From Minisyncoccota bacterium (GTDB lineage: Bacteria; Patescibacteriota; Minisyncoccia; Minisyncoccales; Minisyncoccaceae): a DNA stretch of 64,000 nt. Numbering within the stretch: position 1 is the stretch's first letter; each line of letters begins with the position of its first letter. The stretch covers positions 2,537 through 66,536 of the forward strand of contig JAQVLF010000001.1 of the NCBI GenBank assembly GCA_028704295.1, read 5' to 3'. The notes under the pieces were generated by a model. That model did not search any database, was not told the origin of the DNA, and saw nothing but the letters and a program-made list of their open reading frames with translations. A program made the position numbers and the translations under genes. Shown piece after piece: positions 1 to 8,569 of this stretch.

Positions 1-266
1 TTGCATTTTCTGTAAAATTCTGGATTATTCATAACAATCTGATATTTGTACTCATTCCAAACATTTAGATTAATCCTTTTAAGACTTTCCATATCCCCCT
101 TTTCTATTAGTTTAATATTATTTTTTAACTCATTGGTAGCAATCTCTGTTATATTTGTATTTATCTTATCCCGTTGTAATTTTTCACAATAAGGTATAAA
201 AAGAGCAACCAATACCGCTAAAAATGTAGCCATTGCCGAAACGGCCTCCCAACAGATCTCACTCAT
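1..266 (-). CDS. hypothetical small membrane protein, truncated by the window edge
   Basis: The ATG at 266..264 overlaps the stop of ORF 259..441 by 8 nt, and the frame stays open to position 1. The N-terminus MSEICWEAVSAMATFLAVLVALFIPY contains one hydrophobic helix. It is absent from the ORF track because it is truncated. Confidence 0.3.
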   Translation of the reverse strand, partial: MSEICWEAVSAMATFLAVLVALFIPYCEKLQRDKINTNITEIATNELKNNIKLIEKGDMESLKRINLNVWNEYKYQIVMNNPEFYRKC

Positions 267-441
267 ATTTTTTAAATTTAATATTTTTATTACTCATCTT
301 ATTCTTTATTAATGATCCATATATAATATCTACTAATCTCAACAATTCAGTTATTCCCCTCAACGCTTCTTGATCAGATATCTCTTTATTAAACTCCTTT
401 CTATATATTAACTTAAATTTCTCTAATTGTTTTAATATCAT
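259..441 (-). CDS. hypothetical protein (60 aa) in the RT-linked gene string
   Basis: ORF-track entry. It overlaps the upstream ORF by 4 nt and the downstream ORF by 8 nt, which suggests translational coupling. I recognise no motif. Confidence 0.35.
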   Translation of the reverse strand: MILKQLEKFKLIYRKEFNKEISDQEALRGITELLRLVDIIYGSLIKNKMSNKNIKFKKYE

Positions 442-719
442 TTTTCCTTTTTCCCTATATAATAATTCCCTCCATTATTGGCTATCCATTCTCTCAATCT
501 CTGCCCTCTTTCTGAATCTTTCCTACCAATCCTATGAATAAAACTAATTGTTTTACTAGGACTACCAAAACCAAATTCATTTTCTGTTTCTTTTCTATAT
601 TCTAACTCTATATAATACAAACCCTTAATCAAATATTCAATATTATCTAAAGATAATTTAGAAAAATCAAAATTTGAAAACAATAATTCTTGACCTGTTA
701 AACTAGGAAAGTTTGGCAA
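438..719 (-). CDS. hypothetical protein (93 aa) in the RT-linked gene string
   Basis: ORF-track entry on the same strand and tightly packed with its neighbours. I recognise no motif. Confidence 0.4.
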   Translation of the reverse strand: MPNFPSLTGQELLFSNFDFSKLSLDNIEYLIKGLYYIELEYRKETENEFGFGSPSKTISFIHRIGRKDSERGQRLREWIANNGGNYYIGKKEK

Positions 720-794
720 AAAATAATATAAATTATCTATTCAACAAATTCCATTTTTGCCAATTTCTATATTTTATTTATTTCTTTTTCGTGT

Positions 795-1499
795 TTATTT
801 GTCATTTTTAATAATCTTATTTTTATTTTGTCCATCCATAAAAGCATACATATCTACAATCTTTGCTTTTGTGTAAACAATACCTTCTATCTCCTTTTCA
901 CTATTAAAATCATATGTATGAAAATTATAAGAATCAATTATTTTCTTATTATCTAAATAAAAATCATATATCTTTGATAAGGATTTTTTATTCAATGAAT
1001 TAACTTTCATGCTCTTTTTAAAATATCTATCAAAAGCAGGCACATTCGCAAAAACACCGAGCATTATCTTTGTAATCAATGTATCGCTTGGACTATTTTC
1101 TTTACCCAATGCATCTTTTATTTTTTCTTTTATATCTAATAAGATATAAATATTTTTATCGATACTATAAGACGGAACATCTATTTCCCAAAGAATACGA
1201 TCTTGTTCTGAGATAACTCTTATAAGATTAGAAAAATTCTTAACACTTTTCTGGAGCAAAAAAGAACCACCCCTCATCATACCCCAACTTGCTAAATAAA
1301 ATCCCAACTGCAAACAACTCATTTGCATATTTTCTTTGTTAGAGATTTCATGAATTTTATCTTTTTTATAAAAAGAATAAAAATAATTATAACAAAAGTC
1401 AAAAGAGCAATATCTTTCATTGGGATATCTTCCATTATTTTTTCCCTTTCCTTTTAAAAAATAATCTATTTGCTTTTCTATATTTATTTTTTTATTCAT
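795..1499 (-). CDS. hypothetical protein (234 aa) in the RT-linked gene string
   Basis: A long ORF that overlaps the upstream ORF by 8 nt. It contains the block LGFYLASWGMMRGGSFLL, but I see no catalytic motif (no P-loop, HNH or TIR-like signature). Confidence 0.5.
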   Translation of the reverse strand: MNKKINIEKQIDYFLKGKGKNNGRYPNERYCSFDFCYNYFYSFYKKDKIHEISNKENMQMSCLQLGFYLASWGMMRGGSFLLQKSVKNFSNLIRVISEQDRILWEIDVPSYSIDKNIYILLDIKEKIKDALGKENSPSDTLITKIMLGVFANVPAFDRYFKKSMKVNSLNKKSLSKIYDFYLDNKKIIDSYNFHTYDFNSEKEIEGIVYTKAKIVDMYAFMDGQNKNKIIKNDK

Positions 1500-1710
1500 T
1501 ACTTTTGATCACTCTAACTACTGTTCCCATAATTAAATAATTAAGATATTGTAAATCTTTCTCGTCTAATATAATTGGACTTATCTTTAATAATGACTCC
1601 GATAATAATCTTATCTCACCATCCTTCCTTAAAATCTCTTCTGTATAAAAAGCATCTCTCTTTACCGGATGAAATATCCTCTTAACTTCTATGCCCTTTT
1701 TTTCATTCAT
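1492..1710 (-). CDS. hypothetical protein (72 aa) in the RT-linked gene string
   Basis: ORF-track entry that overlaps the next ORF by 8 nt. Confidence 0.4.
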   Translation of the reverse strand: MNEKKGIEVKRIFHPVKRDAFYTEEILRKDGEIRLLSESLLKISPIILDEKDLQYLNYLIMGTVVRVIKSNE

Positions 1711-1820
1711 TATAATTAAAATTATTAATTATTTATCTCCATAACTTGTTCATATTTATCATTGTTTTCTTCAATAATAACTCTATCTGTACAAATTGTA
1801 ACTTTTTTAATTTTAGCCTT

Positions 1821-2390
1821 TTAAAAATTATCTAAAGAATATTTCTTTTGCAATCCCTTTATTAATATATTTTTTATTTCTTCATGCTTATCAGCTTCTT
1901 TTATAATCACAAAAGCCGTGTCCGAAATAAAAAGATCGAACATTTTTCCATTAAAAATATATTTAAATTCTTTTTCATCTTTTCCATTATCACATTTAAT
2001 GGGCTCACTGTGTGAATTAACAAACATATTCTCATAATTTAATATTTCTTCGTTGTGCTCTGAATTACTAATTTCTATTCTATTAAAACAATTTATATTA
2101 TTCCCTTCGAATTGTTCTTCAGTTTGTTCCTTAATAAATTCTTTTATTGTTTTAGCAATTTCTTTAAAATCATCATAGGTTTGCAATGGATCATTGGGAA
2201 TTTTTATTAAAAGTTGGCAGATTTCTTCTCCTTCATATTTTCCATTCTCTCTATTCATTAAAAAATCTATAACCATTGAAGATATACCCCTACTATCAAC
2301 TCCTAAAAAAGATATTGTTAATAGTTCAATTCCTATTTCATTTTTATTCCAAAATTCTTCTATATTATTTTGTGCTTTGAATGCCATCAT
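1821..2390 (-). CDS. hypothetical acidic protein (189 aa) directly downstream of the RT
   Basis: The ORF starts 29 nt after the RT stop on the same strand. I recognise no motif. Confidence 0.5.
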   Translation of the reverse strand: MMAFKAQNNIEEFWNKNEIGIELLTISFLGVDSRGISSMVIDFLMNRENGKYEGEEICQLLIKIPNDPLQTYDDFKEIAKTIKEFIKEQTEEQFEGNNINCFNRIEISNSEHNEEILNYENMFVNSHSEPIKCDNGKDEKEFKYIFNGKMFDLFISDTAFVIIKEADKHEEIKNILIKGLQKKYSLDNF

Positions 2391-2418
2391 AACTTTTTTA
2401 TATTTTTTACTCTCAATA

Positions 2419-3456
2419 TCATAATTTTAAATTCATAATATTAATATCTTCACTCCTCACCTCTTTTTGCAATTGTTTTTCTCTTTCAATAATTGGAAAA
2501 TATTTCCTTGCTAAAAAAGGCTCTACGGAATTTAAATAATTACACCACCCCTCTAACCAAATTAAATAAGTATGTAATGGTTTCGATGTTTGATAAAAAT
2601 TCGAAGAATATTCATCTTCTCCCAATTTATCTAAAAAATAAAAATGCATTCTTAATAACTTTTTAATTTTCTTAGGAATTCTTGGCATCTCGTGATCAGA
2701 AACAGACAAACCAGTTACTATTTGACTTCTTCCCCTTTTCATGAATTTTGTTTTATTGTCATTCAAAACAAATCCATTTTTTCTTATTATACTACAAATA
2801 AAACCTAAATCTATATTATCGTTTGATGAAAATGTCATATCGTCCCCATAACGAGTATATGTATATATTTTTTCTTTTGAATGTTTAGAAAGTTCTTTAT
2901 CGATATTCATAAAAACCATATTTGATAAAATAGGGCTAGTATAAAAACCTTGAGGAAGAAAGTTTTCTATTGTTGATATTTTTGCCAATCCAGAAGCTAT
3001 GTCTTCATTCGCCCCTAACATTAAAAATACTTCTTTTACCTGATTAATTTTTATTGATTCAAAAAAATTCTTAACGTCTAAATTAATTACTATTTTTTTT
3101 CCGATATGATTCAATGCATTTGTTCTTATTCCCTTTCCTTTTACAAATCCATGGACACATTCTAATGGATTATAGTTATTCTCTAAAAATTTTCGTATAC
3201 TTTGCAAAGCAGTTTTAGAGCCTTGATTTATAGTTTCATATATCTTCCTTTTTTTTCCTTTTTTTGTATACAAATAAAAATATGCAAAATCTACAAAAGG
3301 ATTATCTTTATTCTCATCATCCAACGACTTTTTTTCCACGCAAACCTTCTCTTCTTTTAATAAATGATCTAGATACTTTAATGAAATACCCAAAAATTCT
3401 GCTAACTGGTCATTGTTTTTTAACCCTTTTATTTCTTTTAAATTTTGCATAGGCAA
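2419..3456 (-). CDS. retron-type reverse transcriptase
   Basis: The RT motifs are readable: NALNH followed by VINLDVKNFFESI, then LPQGFYTSPILSN, then YTRYGDDMTFSS (the YxDD box), then RSQIVTGLSV (the VTG motif characteristic of retron RTs). The 345-aa length is typical of retron RTs. The track start at 3456 is a TTG, and the first ATG is at 3450. Confidence 0.85.
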   Translation of the reverse strand: MPMQNLKEIKGLKNNDQLAEFLGISLKYLDHLLKEEKVCVEKKSLDDENKDNPFVDFAYFYLYTKKGKKRKIYETINQGSKTALQSIRKFLENNYNPLECVHGFVKGKGIRTNALNHIGKKIVINLDVKNFFESIKINQVKEVFLMLGANEDIASGLAKISTIENFLPQGFYTSPILSNMVFMNIDKELSKHSKEKIYTYTRYGDDMTFSSNDNIDLGFICSIIRKNGFVLNDNKTKFMKRGRSQIVTGLSVSDHEMPRIPKKIKKLLRMHFYFLDKLGEDEYSSNFYQTSKPLHTYLIWLEGWCNYLNSVEPFLARKYFPIIEREKQLQKEVRSEDINIMNLKL

Positions 3457-3475
3457 TAAAATACGAACATATTTT

Positions 3476-3552
3476 AATCCTTGGTAAGGATACGAATTAT
3501 GGTTAATATAGCTAACGAGTACGAACTCATACTCTCTAAATTACCAAGGATT
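3476..3552 (-). ncRNA. candidate RT-associated structured RNA element: a 12-bp perfect inverted repeat enclosing 53 nt
   Basis: aatccttggtaa (3476..3487) is the exact reverse complement of ttaccaaggatt (3541..3552). An inner hairpin gagt-acga-actc lies at 3517..3528. The element fills the gap between the DUF3800-like ORF and the RT start, and no U-run follows it on the minus strand. Confidence 0.35.
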
Positions 3553-4252
3553 AAAAAATAATCGAATTATTATCCTCCCCTATCATTAATTCATTTTTAC
3601 TATTATAATAAATTCCCTTATCTATATCATATATCATTCCAATCTTAGATTTAATTAATTTGTAATTTAAAACCCTACAAGGCTTAATCTTCACTCTATA
3701 TGCTTTTAAAAATATATGATTAACATAGTCAGTAATGGCCAATAATTTCTCTTTCTTCTTACAAATATTAACATTAAAATTAATTGTTTTTCCAATTTTT
3801 TTTGATACTCTTACCAACTCTTCCTTAAATACCTTTTTAGATATACTATTTTTAAAAATTCCATTTTCTTCAAAAAAAATACTAATATTATTATTTTTAT
3901 GTTGTAAAAATAAATTCTTAAAAAGTGCTCCTACCATCTTAATATAAATTTTTTCCTTGTCTTCTATAGTATTTTTACTAACCTTAATAAAAACCAAATA
4001 AGACCTGAAGGGTGCTTCTCTTAATAAACGGACAAATTCAGAATAAATATCTGGGTGATCCTCTGAGGCATGGAAACCTTTAAAATTTGGATTATTAAAT
4101 TGAAGTTTATTCCTTATATAATTCTCCTTGTTGATAATTTCTAATCTAAGGCTTTTAACATCTTGCACTATCGAGCAACCTAAAACAAAAATTTCACAAT
4201 TACTATCCACACTCAAACTTCCTCCTTCGTCAACGTAAAAACTTATCTCCAT
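3551..4252 (-). CDS. DUF3800-like protein
   Basis: The N-terminus FYVDEGGSLS...IFVLGCSIV resembles the yiDESG start of DUF3800. It also has a mid-protein FHASE and a C-terminal LLAITDYVNHIF, which resembles the qlADxva motif. It lies immediately upstream of the RT on the same strand. Confidence 0.55.
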   Translation of the reverse strand: MEISFYVDEGGSLSVDSNCEIFVLGCSIVQDVKSLRLEIINKENYIRNKLQFNNPNFKGFHASEDHPDIYSEFVRLLREAPFRSYLVFIKVSKNTIEDKEKIYIKMVGALFKNLFLQHKNNNISIFFEENGIFKNSISKKVFKEELVRVSKKIGKTINFNVNICKKKEKLLAITDYVNHIFLKAYRVKIKPCRVLNYKLIKSKIGMIYDIDKGIYYNSKNELMIGEDNNSIIF

Positions 4253-4320
4253 ATTTTCCTATAATTTTTTATTGCAATTTCTAATATATCCATAATATTC
4301 ATATTAAAATTAAAAAACAC

Positions 4321-4346
4321 CCAAATTAAAGGGTGTTCCCGTCGTA
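4321..4346 (-). terminator. intrinsic terminator downstream of tRNA-Gln
   Basis: On the minus strand the stem is aacaccc/gggtgtt (4325..4331 pairs with 4340..4346), followed by a U6 run (the plus-strand A-run at 4321..4326). Confidence 0.5.
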
Positions 4347-4425
4347 ATTAATTATTAATAATTTACTTAATATCTTAATCATATAAGTTTGTTTAATTTT
4401 AACGCATCTCGTACCGCGCTCAACT

Positions 4426-4499
4426 TGGCTGTGGGACTAGGATTCGAACCTAGATTAATGGGACCAAAACCCATCGTCCTACCGTTAGACGATCCCACA
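4426..4499 (-). tRNA. tRNA-Gln (anticodon UUG) with encoded CCA
   Basis: The reverse complement reads TGTGGGA TC GTCT AACGGTA GGAC G ATGGG TTTTGGT CCCAT TAAT CTAGG TTCGAAT CCTAG TCCCACA G CCA. It folds as a full cloverleaf with a TTCGAAT T-loop, and the anticodon loop TT-TTG-GT gives UUG. Confidence 0.9.
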
Positions 4500-4546
4500 A
4501 TATTTGTTTTTCAACGAATTTATCTTAATGTATTTTATTAAAAAAA

Positions 4547-5650
4547 TCAACTTTTTTTAGCTTGATAGAAATAATCTATCAAAGCTAATTCCATTGGAAG
4601 CTGAGGAATAGAAGAAAACTTCCTTTTATTCTCTGCTTCTAAAAGTAAATTAAGAATCAACTTCAAGTCTTCTCCAGTAAATCTCTCTGACTGACTTACC
4701 ATTCTCTCTTTTGTCTCTTTAGTCTCTCCAACAATAATATCATTTATCAAATCCTTATTAATCTTTAGAATAAGTAGCTTCCTTAAAAAATTAGTAATAG
4801 TTTTACTAAATTCTTCAATGTTTAATCCTCTCTCAATATTTTCATTCAAGTACTTTATTGCTAAAGGAATATTCTTATCAATTAAAAACTCTGTAAAGTC
4901 AAAAGCTAAACTTAAATCAACTAAACCAAGCATGTCTTGTATATCCTCAACCTTTATTTCTTTTTTAGAAGTAAAGTTTAGAATCTGATCAAATATTCCT
5001 TCTGCGTCACGCAAAGCTCCATCAGCTGAAGCAGCAATCAATTCTAAAGCTTCTTTCTCTACTATTACCCCTTCTTTTTGAGCAATCTCTTCTAATTTAG
5101 AAACAATTTCTTTAATAGTTAATTTGTAAAAATCAAATCTTTGACATCTTGATGCAATGGTAGAAATCATCTTATGAGCTTCAGTTGTAGCTAAAATAAA
5201 TACAACGTATTCTGGCGGTTCTTCTAATATTTTTAAAAGCGCATTGGCAGCATCTTTTGATAATTGATGAGCCTCATCTAATATTAGCACCTTATACTTT
5301 AATAAATTAGGCTTGTACCTAATAGAATCCCTGAGTGATCTAATATCATCAATTCCTCTATTTGAAGCTGCATCTATTTCAATTAAATCAACAGCACTTC
5401 CTTTATTAATTTCTTGGCACGCAACACATTCATTACAAGGTTCAAACCCTTTTCTGTTCTGGCAGTTTATAGCTTTAGCAAAAAGCCTTGCCATAGATGT
5501 CTTTCCAGTACCTCTATGCCCTGAAAACAAATAAGCATGAGCAATTGAATTTAACTCAATCTCATTTTTAAGAGTCTGTATTACATGGTTTTGAGCAGTA
5601 AAGTCTTTAAACTGCTGTGGACGATATTTTCTGTATAAAACTTGCTTCAT
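4547..5650 (-). CDS. dnaX: DNA polymerase III subunit gamma/tau
   Basis: The N-terminus YRKYRPQQFKDF is followed by the Walker A GHRGTGKTS, the zinc-module cysteines CQNRKGFEPCNECVAC, DEAH, and a sensor region SRCQRF. Confidence 0.9.
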   Translation of the reverse strand: MKQVLYRKYRPQQFKDFTAQNHVIQTLKNEIELNSIAHAYLFSGHRGTGKTSMARLFAKAINCQNRKGFEPCNECVACQEINKGSAVDLIEIDAASNRGIDDIRSLRDSIRYKPNLLKYKVLILDEAHQLSKDAANALLKILEEPPEYVVFILATTEAHKMISTIASRCQRFDFYKLTIKEIVSKLEEIAQKEGVIVEKEALELIAASADGALRDAEGIFDQILNFTSKKEIKVEDIQDMLGLVDLSLAFDFTEFLIDKNIPLAIKYLNENIERGLNIEEFSKTITNFLRKLLILKINKDLINDIIVGETKETKERMVSQSERFTGEDLKLILNLLLEAENKRKFSSIPQLPMELALIDYFYQAKKS

Positions 5651-5689
5651 ATTAAACTTATTCTACTACTTTAAAAAGTAAAAATCAAT

Positions 5690-5785
5690 AAAAAAATAGA
5701 GCTGCTTTGCATTATATATTAGGACGTGCGGTAACACCCAAAGCAGCCGCCCCTCCTCTTTTGTGCCCTAAGAGGAAGGGACTAC
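5690..5785 (-). ncRNA. candidate small structured RNA or leader upstream of dnaX (identity unassigned)
   Basis: This is a GC-elevated island with two hairpins. On the plus strand, gctgctttg (5701..5709) pairs with caaagcagc (5739..5747), and cctctt (5755..5760) pairs with aagagg (5770..5775). On the minus strand the first hairpin is followed by a U-run (the plus-strand A-run ending at 5696). Confidence 0.25.
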
Positions 5786-5822
5786 TTTAAGAATATCATA
5801 GAAAAAAGATAAGTCAATCAAT

Positions 5823-5877
5823 AAAAAAAAGGCATAGGAGGTAATCAGACTTTCGGAGTAAGTCTGGGCCTTATGCC
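5823..5877 (-). terminator. strong hairpin plus U8 on the minus strand: a terminator or tiny sRNA with no upstream ORF
   Basis: ggcata (5831..5836) pairs with tatgcc (5872..5877), and cagact (5846..5851) pairs with agtctg (5861..5866). The plus-strand A8 run at 5823..5830 gives a U8 tail on the minus strand. Confidence 0.4.
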
Positions 5878-5917
5878 AAAAAAAGGGCCACCCGTATAAT
5901 ATTACAAATAAATACAT

Positions 5918-5946
5918 TTGACAAGTTTAAAAAACAAATATATCAT
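5918..5946 (+). promoter_or_regulatory. sigma70-like promoter for the cysK-like/cysS operon
   Basis: TTGACA (5918..5923), a 17-nt spacer, then TATCAT (5941..5946), about 120 nt upstream of the ATG at 6068. A minus-strand TTGTCA-17-TATTAT overlaps the same site. Such matches are common in AT-rich DNA. Confidence 0.35.
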
Positions 5947-6067
5947 AGTCTTAATGAATTACAAAATAAGCACAACTTGTTGCTGTTCAAACTCTTTTTA
6001 AAGAGGTTGGTTTTGTTAAATAATAAATAGTAATAACCCGCCTCTTAATAAGAGGTTTTTTAATAAT

Positions 6068-6904
6068 ATGAAACAATTACTAGACTTAATAGGAAATACG
6101 CCATTGCTTGAAATTGAACCAAACATTTTTGCTAAAATGGAAGGTTTTAATTTAACAGGATCAATAAAAGATAGGACTGCTTTATCTATGATCGAAGATG
6201 CAGAAAAGAAAGGGAGATTAAAACCAGGCGTTAGTATAGTTGAGCCAACTTCTGGAAATACTGGAATAGCCTTAGCCATGATATCCGCTATTAAGGGATA
6301 TGAATTATCAGTTGTTATTCCTCAAAGCACAAGTGAAGAAAAAAAGAAAATGATTTTAACTTATGGAGGAAGAATCATATCTATTCCGGACGAACGATTT
6401 AGAGAACCAGTTATTAAAGAATTAAAAGAAAAAGAAAAATTAGGTGAGATTGTTTTTTTAAATCAATATGAAAACGAAAACAATGTAAAAGTACATTACG
6501 AAAAAACTGGTGAAGAAATAGTAAAGCAAATGGAAGGAAAACAGATTGACTATTTTGTAGCAGGTTTAGGAACAGGAGGAACCATTACAGGAGTCTCAAA
6601 AAAATTAAAGGAGCATTTTCCCAATATCAAAATAATTGGAGTAGAACCAAAAAAAGGAGAAAAAATCGAAGGATTAAAGTCTTTAAAAGATGGATACACT
6701 CCTCCTATTCTTAATCTAAACCAAATTGATGAAATCATTGATTTAAGTGCAGAAGATTCTGTTAAAGGAAGAAATTATTTAGCTAAAAAAGGAATACTTG
6801 TAGGATTATCTTCTGGAGCAGTGTTCCAAACAATTAAAAACCTTAACTTAAAAGGAAACGTCGTAACAATCTTCCCTGACAGGGGTGAAAGATATTTAAA
6901 ATAA
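6068..6904 (+). CDS. cysK: PLP-dependent cysteine synthase family protein (CysK/CysM-like, short form)
   Basis: GNTPLLEI, the PLP-lysine block NLTGSIKDRTA, and the substrate loop EPTSGNTGIALA. Confidence 0.75.
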   Translation: MKQLLDLIGNTPLLEIEPNIFAKMEGFNLTGSIKDRTALSMIEDAEKKGRLKPGVSIVEPTSGNTGIALAMISAIKGYELSVVIPQSTSEEKKKMILTYGGRIISIPDERFREPVIKELKEKEKLGEIVFLNQYENENNVKVHYEKTGEEIVKQMEGKQIDYFVAGLGTGGTITGVSKKLKEHFPNIKIIGVEPKKGEKIEGLKSLKDGYTPPILNLNQIDEIIDLSAEDSVKGRNYLAKKGILVGLSSGAVFQTIKNLNLKGNVVTIFPDRGERYLK

Positions 6905-6929
6905 TTAAGATGTGTAATATAATAAAACT

Positions 6930-8297
6930 ATGATTAAACTATATAATACTCTTACACGTAAAGTAGAAGAATTTAAGCCGATTAATGATAAAGAAGTTAG
7001 ATTATACACTTGTGGACCAACAGTCTATTCTTTTGCTCATATAGGAAATTTAAAAACATATATTTTTGAAGATGTTTTAAAAAGAGTTTTAGAGTACAAT
7101 GGATATAATGTAAAACATATCATGAATATAACAGATGTCGGACACTTAACATCTGATGAGGACGAAGGAGAAGATAAATTAGAAAAAAGTGCAGCAAAAG
7201 AAAAAAAGACAGTTTTAGATATTGTGGAATTTTACACAAAACACTTTAAAGAAGATTTAGAAAAATTAAATATTGAATTCCCAGACAGATTTATAAAAGC
7301 AACTGAAACAATAGAAGATCAAATAGAATTAATTAAAACTTTAGAAGAAAAAGGATACACTTATAAAACATCTGATGGAATATATTTTGATACATCAAAG
7401 CTTCCTTCTTATGGTGTATTATGGGGAGAAAAAGAACAAACTGATTTAATATCTAGAATTGAAGAAAACAAAGAAAAGAAACATCCTCAAGATTTTGCTT
7501 TATGGAAGTTTTCTCCAAAAGACAAGAAAAGACAAATGGAATGGGCATCTCCTTGGGGAATTGGTTTTCCTGGATGGCATACAGAATGTGTGGTCATTGC
7601 AGCAAAAGCTTTAGGCGTTCCTTTTGATATTCATTGCGGAGGTATAGATCATATTTCAGTGCATCATACAAATGAAATTGCACAAGCTGAGGCAGCATAT
7701 AATAGTAGATTAGCAAATTTCTGGATGCACGGAGAATTTCTTGTTGCAAAAGATGATGTTAAAATGGGTAAGTCAAAAGGAAATATCATTACCTTGAGCG
7801 ATATAGAAGATCCTTTATCTTATAGATACTTAAATCTAACTGCCCACTATAAATCTAAATTAGCTTTCTCAAAAGAAAGCATAGAAGGAGCAAGAATAAG
7901 CTTAAATAAATTAAGAGAAAAAATTAATGAACTTGATATTAATTCAGAACCTAAAAGCCCTGAATTAAAAAAGAAATATCAAAATCAATTTTTAGATTTT
8001 ATTAATAACGATTTAGACATGCCAAAGGCCCTTGCATTAACTTGGGAGTTATTAAAAGATGACAATCTTTCTGATATTGAAAAGTACGAATTAATTCAAG
8101 ATTTTGATAAAGTGTTTGGGCTTAAATTAAAAAAAGAAGAAATTAAAATTCCAGAAGAAATCATTAATCTCGCAAACGAAAGAGAAAAAGCAAGGCAAGA
8201 AAAAAACTTTAAAAAAGCTGATGAACTCCGAAAGCTTATAGAAGAAAAGGGATACTCTATCAAAGACGAAGAAACCGGCTTTGTAATTAAAAAATGA
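6930..8297 (+). CDS. cysS: cysteine--tRNA ligase
   Basis: A class I HIGH motif (AHIGN) and a KMSKS motif (KMGKSKGN), with the CGPTVY start typical of CysRS and the WHTEC zinc site. Confidence 0.92.
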   Translation: MIKLYNTLTRKVEEFKPINDKEVRLYTCGPTVYSFAHIGNLKTYIFEDVLKRVLEYNGYNVKHIMNITDVGHLTSDEDEGEDKLEKSAAKEKKTVLDIVEFYTKHFKEDLEKLNIEFPDRFIKATETIEDQIELIKTLEEKGYTYKTSDGIYFDTSKLPSYGVLWGEKEQTDLISRIEENKEKKHPQDFALWKFSPKDKKRQMEWASPWGIGFPGWHTECVVIAAKALGVPFDIHCGGIDHISVHHTNEIAQAEAAYNSRLANFWMHGEFLVAKDDVKMGKSKGNIITLSDIEDPLSYRYLNLTAHYKSKLAFSKESIEGARISLNKLREKINELDINSEPKSPELKKKYQNQFLDFINNDLDMPKALALTWELLKDDNLSDIEKYELIQDFDKVFGLKLKKEEIKIPEEIINLANEREKARQEKNFKKADELRKLIEEKGYSIKDEETGFVIKK

Positions 8298-8308
8298 GTA
8301 TATAATAC

Positions 8309-8497
8309 TCATAATGCACAGTATAAAATCATTTTTCCACCCTGCTTTGTAGGAAGGATCACCGTTCTATAGCTGTCCCAGAATTGGTTTTTTTCAAGAC
8401 CTTCTTTGCAAAACAGCAATTTCGATTTTAGCTCCTTACTGATGTGCTCAATTGCCATAACATCTTCGCCAAAAATCTTTGATTTCATATAAATCAC
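8309..8497 (-). CDS. hypothetical small protein (62 aa), doubtful
   Basis: Only an ORF-track entry. It has no motif and is convergent with cysS. Confidence 0.2.
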   Translation of the reverse strand: MIYMKSKIFGEDVMAIEHISKELKSKLLFCKEGLEKNQFWDSYRTVILPTKQGGKMILYCAL

Positions 8498-8569
8498 CTC
8501 TATTTAAAAAGTAATATTATTTGTATTTTTAGTCAAGTAGTTCTTCTATTTAACAAAATGTTATAAGGA

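Noticed and set aside
1725-1823. A 32-codon open frame continuing in-frame after the TAA stop of ORF 1821..2390 (possible readthrough or recoding)
   Set aside because: An open frame of this length arises by chance in roughly 5-10 percent of cases by my rough estimate. All other genes terminate normally under the standard code, and no recoding signal is seen.
3476-3552. The inverted repeat upstream of the RT as a simple Rho-independent terminator of the DUF3800-like gene
   Set aside because: The 53-nt loop is too large and no U-run follows the 3' arm on the minus strand. I kept it as a candidate RT-associated RNA element instead.
5690-5790. SRP (4.5S) RNA upstream of dnaX
   Set aside because: The synteny is suggestive and an AGCAGC string is present. 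However, I could not place a GNAR/GGAA tetraloop with the flanking AGG.../...AGCA symmetric loop in either orientation, so I left it as an unassigned candidate.
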